Shown piece after piece: positions 52,726 through 64,000 of a stretch of 64,000 nt of DNA. The translations under genes were made by a program, and so were the position numbers. Under the pieces are notes generated by a model. The model was not told the DNA's origin and did no database searches. It was given only the letters and a program-made list of their open reading frames with translations. The stretch's first letter is position 1. Each line of letters begins with the position of its first letter. This stretch comes from Octopus vulgaris (lineage: Eukaryota), in assembly GCA_951406725.2 (NCBI GenBank), contig OX597831.1, positions 25,048,001 through 25,112,000 on the forward strand. The letters are read 5' to 3'.

Positions 52726-53933
52726 GATGGACATGCACAATTCATTATCATGGGCTGTCTTTGGTATTTATGTGCCACTTCTCAATTTTCACTTTGAAGT
52801 GCTAGAATGTGACCCAGAAGACATTGCTGCCAACTTGGTGGAACTTACAGATTTCCAAAAATAGGAGAATCAAATTCAAAGACAGTTTTTAGTTATGTAA
52901 TTGTCTTCACAAAGGCAAAGGATAAGAAATTTGTGCATGTTAGAGAAGAATATTTGCATATAGTCCATTAAATATTTGGTATTAACTTGTAAAAATGTCA
53001 GGGTGCAAGAAAAAGGAGGGAGCACCAGGAGACTTGATGATTTGTGTTGGGGATACGTTATTAGAATATGGACAGTTTAGCCATCTTTGAATAGACAGTA
53101 CCTGTTGAAAAAAAAAAAAAAAAATGTTATGAACCCACAGTGCAATGATTGAATAAAAAGAACACTGCAGTATTGTTTTTTCACATTTTGAAACCACTTG
53201 TGGAAGAAAGGCAGACGTAATGGTTTCAAATTCTGGTGTAAGGCCAGCAAAATTGGATGATTGGGTATGTCGATTGCATTGACCCCCCAGTTTTCAAATG
53301 ATGCTTATTTTATCAACCTTGAAAGGATGTAAAGACAAAGCTGGCTCACCTCGATGGAATTTGAACTTAAACTGTAAAGATGGACAAAATGCCACTAAGC
53401 ATTTTGCTTGACATGTTAACAATTCTGCCTGATCGCCACCTTTGGGAAGTAAACCTACTGAGAACTGGTGAAATCAGATCTGGAAATGGTTAGTACTACA
53501 GATGAGCTGATTCTAGAACCAGGTGAATAGAAGTTTGCCAATTCACCTGTCACTATATAGACAGACAATAAAATATTCAAGATAAATATTAAATAAAACA
53601 TCAGCCTGTCATATATATATATATATTTTTTAAAGTTATGTCATAGCTTAAAATCTTAATAATGGCCAAACTTGAAGAATATGTCATATTTTAAAAGAGG
53701 TCTTGAGAAGAATGAAATACACTTAAAAATTCTTAGGTTGCAGATTGTTACTTGAAAAATTTAACCTCAATTAGCTAACATTAAATATAAAAGGGGATTT
53801 GTAAAAGATTTTAAAGAGAGAAGGAAAATGGAAAAAAATAACAAAATAAGAAAACGGTTTGAATAAAGACAAAACATAATACTTATTTTATAAAACAACC
53901 TCGCAGGGTTATATGTATGCATAAGTGTCTAAG

Positions 53934-53968
<35 letters not shown>

Positions 53969-54071
53969 ACTCATACACTTATTTTATGTGTATGTGTGTA
54001 TACATAAATATATATATATATATATATGTCTATGTTTGTATATACATATTATGTATGTGTATATATAAATG

Positions 54072-54102
<31 letters not shown>

Positions 54103-54207
54103 TGTGCGTCTGTGTATGTGTAAAGTAAATAACTATAATGATAATAAACAACAATATATATTATACACTATCTGCTTAAAACCATTACGCTTTCTTTGTC
54201 GTTGACA

Positions 54208-54260
54208 GGATTTTTCGATGAGGAAAATTTATCACGTTCTTGTCAAAATCTGTCTTCTTA
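54208..54260 (+). CDS. Candidate exon (frame unresolved: DFSMRKIYHVLVKICLLRK or FFDEENLSRSCQNLSS*)
   Basis: ctttctttgtcgttgacag acceptor in unique sequence; 3' boundary uncertain. Confidence 0.25.
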
Positions 54261-54759
54261 GAAAGCATTTATGTATTTATGTAATCTTTATCTTGTCAAA
54301 CATTATTTTGTAAGGTTAAAGTTCAACACATATATTAAATGTTCTTAGATGTGTTTGTGACATGGTAGGGGAAGGGACATTTTTTTATTATTTTTTTATT
54401 TACTTAATATATTTGTTCAACGGTTCTTCTTCTTGAATTCTCTTGTAGTATACTTTCTGCAATGCTGTATTACTTTTATATGCGTGTGTCTGTATCGGTA
54501 ATGTTTCGTGCATGAATACAATGCTTTTTCTAAGCTACATAGAAATGAATGCAAACAATAAATCAGAGTTTAATGTAAATCTTTTGTAGGTATATGAGAC
54601 AGGTGGAAATAGGATTTACATAAATGGTGTATATATATATAAATGGTGTATATACCCTCCTCCAATCTGTATGGCTTTGATTTGATGATGTGTGGGTGGA
54701 TAGACAGATGGATGGAATGAGAGACAGAAATCACAAAGGAAATGAAGGATAATAAATGA

Positions 54760-54808
<49 letters not shown>

Positions 54809-54820
54809 TAAATATATACA

Positions 54821-54852
<32 letters not shown>

Positions 54853-54886
54853 CACACATATGCACACACACACATATATATATACA

Positions 54887-54936
<50 letters not shown>

Positions 54937-54948
54937 TATATATATATA

Positions 54949-54993
<45 letters not shown>

Positions 54994-55368
54994 CATATAT
55001 ATATACATATATATATATATAAAGCATAGTCAGTAGTTCATAAATCCAGAATAAAAGCATACTCTAAACATTCTTTTTGGAGCAATAACATTTTATGTAG
55101 TCATTGGTTATGGGCAGTTAGGAAATTTGGTTTCATGTATATTAACGCTCTTAGCAATATAAGCAACTCATTACACCTACTGGCTGGAGGTGCATAACCT
55201 CTTTACTAATAGTGATAAAAACACATACAATACACACACACACGCACACACACACGCACACATATATATATATGTAAAAAAAAGATTCTGACAGAATCAG
55301 AATCATAGTAATGCAAATAGTTATAAGTAAATATGGTAAAGCATTCTGGCCAAAAATGTCTGTTGGAA

Positions 55369-55435
<67 letters not shown>

Positions 55436-55439
55436 TAAT

Positions 55440-55792
55440 AACAAGAGCACAAACCTCTGCCAAAGTAACACTAACGTCCTCTCAATAGCTGGAGATGATT
55501 TTTTAAAAATGAGAATGACTGAGATGAACTCAACTGCTCTTACAAATATGAATACTAAAAATGAACACGACCACTCGCAAAAATTAAGTAAAAAAAAACA
55601 GGAAAAATAATCCAGAATCCTTGTCCAGTATTGGATCGATCCCAAAATCTAATCAATTTGTGCCAGACACTAGGCCAAACATCCCTGAAAGTTTCATCCA
55701 AATCAGTCTAGCAGTTCTTGAGATATTTTGTCCATAGACAAATAAACATGACCGCAAACAATACCTCTGCCTTCACTAACGTCGAGGAAATA
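55440..55792 (+). mobile_element. Helentron-associated (HINE/DINE-1-like) non-autonomous element
   Basis: Starts aacaagagc after (AAT)n; acctctgcc near both ends; terminal hairpin; aagtttcatccaaatc...agttcttgagatatt core. Confidence 0.55.
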
Positions 55793-55809
55793 GTAATGAT
55801 GATGATGAT

Positions 55810-56180
55810 CCTTTCTACTAAAGGCACAAGGCCTGAACTTTTGGGGGAGGGGAATATAAGTTGATTACATCAACCCCAGTACTCAACTGGTACTTACTTC
55901 ATTGACCCTGAAAGTATGGGAGGTACAGTTGAACTTGGCAGAATAATAATAATAATAATAATAATAATCCTTTCTGCTATAGGCCCAAGGCCTGGATTTT
56001 GTGGGGAGGGGGACAGTCGATCACATCGACCTTAGTACTCCACTGGTACTTAATTTATCGACCCTGAAAGGATGAAAGGCAAAGTTGACCTCAGCAAAAT
56101 TTGAACTCAGAATGTTGTGGCAGATATAATGTCACTAAGCAGCTTGCCCTGTGTGCTAGCAATTCTGCCAACTCGCCACC

Positions 56181-56251
<71 letters not shown>

Positions 56252-56525
56252 AAGAAGAAGAAGAAGAAGAAGAAGAAGAAGAAGAAGAAGAAGAAGAAGA
56301 AGAAGAAGAATGATAATAATGATTTCAAATTTTGACACAAAGCCAGCAAGTTCAGAGAAGGAGTAAGTTGGTTACATTGACCCAAGTATTCAGCTGGTAC
56401 TTATTTTATCGACCTTGAAAGGATGAAAGGCAAAGTTAACCCAGCAGGATTTGAACTCAGAACATAAATATGGATGCAATGCTACCAAGCATTTTGCTCA
56501 ATGAGCTAACAATTTAGCCAGCTCT
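55810..56525 (-). mobile_element. Cluster of three SINE B copies separated by (AAT)/(AAG) tracts
   Basis: ggtacttaatttatcgaccctgaaaggatgaaaggcaaagttgacc motif three times. Confidence 0.8.
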
Positions 56526-57180
56526 CTATCTTGATGATTTTGATGATGATGATGATAATAATAATAATAATTGTGACTTGACAAACAGTACAAACCTCCC
56601 CGGTAGACACAACATCTTCAGCCAGCAACCTCATGATATTGTATACTGTGTGATGTCTACTATAATAATCGTAATAAAGTGGGGGAACCATCATAGCCAT
56701 GCATTGAGAGGGATTCTTTGGAGTTTGAATAAATCACTCTTGGAAACATGAGTGTTTTGTGCATTATCCTTAAACAACTCTTTTTCAGGAGCCTTTTGAG
56801 CGAGATAGGATAGAACATCTTTTCCAGCTAGCTATCGACATCCAATTTGTGTCTGTTTAGCATTTGCAAGTGAAGTCATCACTCCTATGTCTAGCTTTAT
56901 GTGATACTCTTAGACCTAGGTTTCTGGGTGATTACCCATCTTCACAAGTTAGTGACGAAAGCTCTCTCTCCACTTGCAAACACTATATATTCTTTAAGCG
57001 ACACACAGTTGCTGATCTCATAAAGAGAAAAATACAATTTGTTTTAAATCTCTGAGCGAGAGATATACAGGAACAGTACCGAATAGTAAAGTTTATCTGC
57101 CAATAGAATGTGGCAGTCCCTATAAAGGACCATTGTACTGTTGTTTTAGCCCCAGGAAAACACTATCGTCATCGTCATTA

Positions 57181-57431
<251 letters not shown>

Positions 57432-58273
57432 CACAAGACCAGAAAGTTTCGTGGATAGAACAGTCAATTAAATCAATATCAATACTAATCTGGCCCTGTA
57501 TTTTTATTTATTTGGGAAGAATGAAAGGCAAAATTCACATCCACATTGTGTTTTAATTTTGGTACAATTAGACTAAATTGTAGAAGAGTCTACTCAATTC
57601 AATCAACCTAATTAATCAGTTGGTATTTAATTGATCAATGCTCTCCAGAGAAGTGAAATACAAGTTGGAACTCTGGTGGGGATTCCAAGTCAGACCATAG
57701 AAATATATATATATATATATATATATATCTTTCTAAATAGTGTTAGGTAGTCAGTTATTTAGCCCGATGTTGAATTATTCTGCTGCAGTAGTGATGTGTG
57801 ACGTGGAAAAGAAGGAAGCAGAGGAGGAGGGGGGTGATGGTGGTGGTGGTGGTGGATTGATAAGAGGTGTCTTAGTACAAAACAGTGTCACATCACTGCG
57901 ATATTATTTTTAACCTTGCAATATCACTAATATCACTCCCAACCACCATAAATATCATTGATATCATCACCATCACACCACAATCACATCTTTATTCTCA
58001 TCATCATCAGCATCATCATCAGCATCATCATCGCCATCATCATCGTTATAATCTTTACCACACTGGTCATATCACCTTCCCCAGCATCATACCTTCTACA
58101 TCGTTCTCATCCTTATCATTTACACAGTCAACATTTTGATGACTATCACAATCAACATCGTTGTCATCGTCATCGTCATCATCATCAGTGTCATCTTCAT
58201 TATCTTTGTTATCTTGTACTGTGAAATGAATGCTGAAAGTTGAGTAGAGGGTGAAAAAATAAAAGTTAATGAA

Positions 58274-58667
58274 AGGCAATAGGAGTGGCTGTGTGGTAAG
58301 TAGCTTGCTTATGAATCCTGTGGTTCTGGGTTCAGTCCCACTGCATGGCCCTTTGGGCAAATGTTTTCTAGTATAGCCTCAGGCTGACCAAAGCTTTGTG
58401 AGTGGATTTGGTAGATGGAAAGTGAAAGAAGCCCATTGTATACATGTATATGTATGTATGTGTGTATATGTTTGTGTTTTTCCCAATCAACATCACCTGA
58501 CAACCGATGCTGGTGTGTTTACGTCCCCGTAACTTAGCAGTTCGGCAAAAAGAAACCGATAGAATAAGTACTAGGCTTACAAAGAATAAGTCCTGGGGTC
58601 GATTTGCTCGACTAAAGGCGGTGCTCCAGCATGGCTGCAGTCAAATGACTGAAACAAGTAAAAGAGT
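58274..58667 (+). mobile_element. SINE family A
   Basis: Family consensus match. Confidence 0.9.
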
Positions 58668-58794
58668 CATGGAGGGAACTAACAAATGCATTGACAATTT
58701 AAAAAGAAAATTTGGAAAATAAAAAGAACATCGAGCCAAAATGTAAAAACAACACTCCTAAACAAAGAGATGATAGATGGCTGGCTAGTTGGCT

Positions 58795-59249
<455 letters not shown>

Positions 59250-59574
59250 GGGGTGGGGAGTAAATTTAGAGTTTATTATTCTGCTGCAATTTTTACTGGT
59301 CTTAAATTCGATATTGATAAAATTTTCTTTGATTTCCAGGCATAACTTGATCATCCTTGATAAAGTTTTAACATTCTTCTGTTCTCCAAGCTGAAATATA
59401 TAATTAATACTGGCAAGAACAAATTATAGAGGAACCCCCTTTTTATTTCCTTCTATTCCTCAGCTCTCTCCCCTTCACTCTCTCTCTCTCTCTTCCACTC
59501 TCTCTCCTCATCTCCCCACTCTCACTTTTTCACTATATATATACACATATATATAAATATATATATATACATAC

Positions 59575-59617
<43 letters not shown>

Positions 59618-60079
59618 TACACACACTCACATAGATACACTCACACTTGCATATATATATTCATATATATATATATATATGTTTGTATGTGTGTGTATAT
59701 ACATGCATACGTGACTCTTCACTATACCACCCACACACATATGCATACATGTCTTATATAGTAGGGGGCTATTAACAGATAGTGTTTCAATTTTAGAATT
59801 ATTTTCAAAGTTACTTGTTAAAATAAGTAGACCAATCTAATGCAAGCATTAATTATTGGTAAAATGTGACAAAAATGGCAAAATAGCAGTCAGAATAGTA
59901 AAGCATCACTCACAAAACCTTGTGTATATAATTAGTCATTTATGTTGTGAGTTCATATCTTTTTGCAATCAACTTAAACTTTTATTCTTGTTAGATGTAG
60001 GCCAACGCTTTAAGTATTGGGGCTGATATGATTGGCCCTTCCCTCTTCAGAAATCTGTGACATTCACCTTAAAATCTGT

Positions 60080-60293
60080 GGCACTCAAACTGGTCATATC
60101 CAGTCAAAATATTCTACCTGTTTTATGTTCAATCTAACTAGATCAGGCTTCTCGCACCTACCCTACAATGTCATTCTAAAAATAAGCGATCACATCATCA
60201 AAGTCTCAAAGCTCCAAGCTAATTCTTGATTAATTCAAAGCAATGTGCATAAATAAGCTTATCATTTGGCAGAGTAATCTGAATGCTAAAGAG
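60080..60293 (-). mobile_element. piggyBac-type MITE family B
   Basis: Reverse complement of the 13064/35011 element; ends gaatgctaaagag-TTAA. Confidence 0.75.
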
Positions 60294-62302
60294 TTAAGTT
60301 AGAAATCTTCATTATTATGGCTGTATGGTCAAGAATTTGGTATCAAAACCTAAAAATTACCAGGATGGATTCCACTGTAATCTCAGACAGAAAAATACCT
60401 GGGTGGAGTTTGGGTGATGGAAGCTGTGCAGAAGTTCATTGCATACATACATGCATGCTTGTTTACATACATGCATGTATGCTTACATACATACATACTT
60501 ACATACATATTGGAGCAACAGGATGCTTACCAGCCTATCTGAAGCAATGTATGCCTGAATTTGGGTTCATGGGATCTTGAGGAGAAAATGCAAATTCTTC
60601 ATGTATATGATCGCGATATCTGTGACTATAAAAATCTGTTTCTATGAGGTATACCTAAATATGGAGAGACTCTTTCATTGGTTCATATATACTATGTGTG
60701 ACATAATGTTTCGTGTTATGATAGCCAGTAAATGTGATAAAAATTTTAAACTGTTAGCACCAATATCAGTGAGGGAACTTCTGTATTATTGGTACAGAAT
60801 TAGTGAACTGAGCCTCTGGGAAAGACAAATGAATGTATACAAGAACGAAAACAGAAATAGGAACTAAAACTAGAAAGCTGGAATTATACATGTATGACAG
60901 AATGCTTTTTGGCTATACAATAGAAGGGAAAAAAAATTTTGTACATGCAGGAGCGGTTGCATGTTTTCAGTTATATTATCCAATGTGCTCTTTGCTTCTC
61001 AAAATTGTTGGGCATATTTTAAGTGAGATTTGCATGCAATTTCTGAAGGGCAAGTAACCATGTGGAGAGGAACCTTTGTTTTGTATTTCCCAAGCTGGTA
61101 ATATGAAACTGAAAACATGAAGAATCAACAAGAAGGTTGAAGGTTTCAAGGGCACCAACAACCAAAGCCTTTTGGTTAATTCTGAAACATTTCAAGAAAA
61201 CCACATTAGTCACAGAAATGGAGAAAAAGTCAATGAATGAATGTTGTAACTGGGGAACAGAGAAAATAGAGAGGATTCTATGAAGGGAATAAGGTATATT
61301 TAATGATCGGTTAATGAATCTCCTACAAACATGGTTTAGAATGCATTAGAAGTTAAATGTCTCATTTGATGAATCATAAAGCTTCTCAATAAAAAAAAAT
61401 TCATTGACAAGAGACATTTTATGTGAGAAGGGCAAGTTTTTTTCTTGTTTTATGTAAGAGATCTGTGATATGTGATATTCATAAATTGTCCATTCAGACA
61501 TGAAACTAGATGGTATCATATATACCTAAAACAATTTTATGTTGTTAACACGTTAATATCACATCAAGTGCATTTAGTGAAAGTGCTAATAGCGTCGGAT
61601 ACATAGCATTTGTCATGATCAAAACCTATAGATGATAACATTATTATGGTCTCTTTGGACATCAAATAAAACTGTCACTATAATGTATTAATATTTTAGT
61701 GAAGTAATTTTTCCCAGATATGCGCTGATAAAAATTGACTTGAAAACTGCAAAGACTGCACATGCATTTTAGAACTATCAACACTTTTTGGTACATAAAT
61801 GCATGTTTACACACATATATATATATATATATACATATATAGGGCTAGCTTTATACCACTGTGTTCCTTCCATTCAGGCACCTTTTTCTGATGTAAGGGC
61901 TTGCTAGGTTAAAGCAATGACCATTCTGCAGTAAAAGAATTTCAAGACCACTAAGTGTGGCACTTCACTTATCCTTGATGCAGAATACCAATAACTAAAA
62001 GCATTCTAGCAACGGATATCCATTCTTTTTCTATTCTCCTAAAAATATCAAAAGTTTAAGGACTATATTATCTAATATGTCCTTTCTGTGGAGAAATTAG
62101 CTATAGGCTATATTTCTAGCACTTTGAATGACCATGGCATGTAGAGACTCTTTTACTGGCTCAGATATTAAGCATACAAAGTTAATGTGGAAAAGGTGGT
62201 TCAGAAATTGAACCAGGCTCTATGTCTTGGTTAACTAGTAGTGCATACTATCACCTCATAAAATAAATCAGTCACACACCTGTATGTATATATTTATATA
62301 TG

Positions 62303-62333
<31 letters not shown>

Positions 62334-63556
62334 GTTTTTTTCCCTTGTTTGAAAAAAGTTCGTTTCTATGTTTTTGTTTTTATGTTTTCGTTTCTCATTG
62401 TGTTCAACGTTTTTTTGGAAGTCCTGTACCCATATGCGCATGTATATATACATATATATGTAGTTATGTACATATATGTATGTATATATGCATATATTTA
62501 TATATTATTTATATTATGATATATATATATATATATATATTCCTTTAATTTCCTACTGGCTTCATGCCTTAGATTGCAGCCATATTGAAGGATTGCATTC
62601 AATGATTTTAGTCAATTATATATCACCATAAGGCCATTGCCTGGTGCTTATTTTACGAAATAGGTTAGACAGACATAGTTTACCTGTTTGTAAGGAGACT
62701 TAACTTCCCACAAGAAAATAACATATGATATTTATCTTTGCCCCACTGATTTGTGTGAATGACAGGTTTCTACAACAGTTTCTGTCCACTAAATTTCACT
62801 CAGAACAATTTGATCAACTTGAGTTTATGACTGAAGATACCTACCTAAGATACTGCACAGTTTAGCTGATCACAGGATCAGGGAGCTACCAAATAAACTA
62901 CTTCACCACATAACGACATCTGTATCAATGTATCAGTGTGGGTGAGGGACAAGGATGGCGGGGGGAGGGAAGATTTTTGTGGTCAAAATATCAGTTATTT
63001 TGACTATACGACCAATAGTTCAGAATATTGACTTGAACTGGAAACACATGTTCAAGAAAGTTCTATAAGGATGATATCATTTCCATTACAATGATTTTTT
63101 GTTTCATTATTGAACTAAAAGATAAAAATGTTTAATTAGGATGCTGTGTAAAAGTATTGATTTCATTCCTTTATAAATAGTCACCTACAGTTAGTTATAA
63201 ATGCCAGAGAAAATGTAACAAGTCTACAATGATTTTTTATTTGATTGCTGTTCTTTTACTTTGTCTTCTAATTTCTAATTAATTATAGAGTGCCAAATGT
63301 AGTTCTCAGCTGTATATGTGGTGGTGGGGGGATGGATGTTCCTACTACATTAACTCTATAAGTACAGTTTTCAAACATTAATATTTCTGTTGCCTGATAA
63401 GGCAGTGAGTTAGCAGAATCATTAGCATACCAGGCAAAATGCTTAGTGGCATGTCATCAATCTTTATGTTCTGAGTTCAAATTCTGCTGAGGTCCATTTT
63501 GCCTTTCTTGCTATCGGGGTCAATAATGTAAGTACCAATTGAATACTGGGGCCAGT

Positions 63557-63798
63557 GTGGAGACACGTGGCTTAGTGGTTAGGTTATCAGCATTGTGATC
63601 GTAAAATTGTGGTTTCGATTCCTGGACTGGACGACGTGTTGTGTTCTTGAGCAAAACACATCATTTCATGTTGCTCCAGTCCACTCAGCTGGCAAAAAGG
63701 AGTTACACTGTGATGGACTGGCGTCCCATCCAGCTGGAGAACACATACACCATAGAAACCTGGAAACCAGGTCCATGAGCCTGGCTAGTCTTTAAAAG
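63557..63798 (+). mobile_element. SINE family C, full length, following a SINE B copy (63400-63555)
   Basis: gtggagacacgtggcttagtggttagg...ggtttcgattcc...gagcctggctagtctttaaaag. Confidence 0.9.
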
Positions 63799-63851
63799 CT
63801 GTGCTCAGTAGTGCAGTGAAAGCACAGGATAAAAATAAGACTACTGAATAA

Positions 63852-63883
<32 letters not shown>

Positions 63884-64000
63884 GTTTCAAATTTTGGCAC
63901 AAGACCAGTAATTTCGGGACAGGCATAAAGTAAGACCAATTGAATATTGGGGGCCAGTGAAATCAATTTACACTCAACACTTAAATTGCTGGGCTGGGCC

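Noticed and set aside
60317-61213. Cluster of short ORFs suggesting a gene or LINE remnant
   Set aside because: No recognisable domain in any frame

Overview
AT-rich, microsatellite-saturated eukaryotic DNA. Its repeat content (tRNA-derived CORE-type SINEs, RTE-like 3' ends, long (TA)n/(GATA)n tracts) is consistent with an Octopus/coleoid cephalopod genome. Almost all ORFs in the supplied track are translations of simple repeats or SINEs, and no long host CDS is present. The window holds at least 5 SINE-like families, remnants of RTE, CR1-like and R4/Dong-like (RLE) LINEs, piggyBac-, hAT- and Harbinger-type MITEs, a mariner fragment, and Helitron/Helentron non-autonomous elements, often nested with clear target-site duplications (TSDs). 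The most notable feature is a fold-back Penelope-like (GIY-YIG) element at 35.2-36.05 kb. It carries two opposed minimal hammerhead ribozyme motifs and a tRNA-like Pol III promoter between the ORF stop and the ribozyme. Two further fold-back mini-elements with hammerhead-like cores lie at 3.3 kb and 10.5 kb. A SINE with a hexameric body sits inside a single 18-bp TSD at 21.9-23.1 kb. A chain of small plus-strand exon candidates (28.9-54.3 kb) may encode a secreted PAN/apple-like protein; this is tentative. All calls were made by eye without alignment tools.
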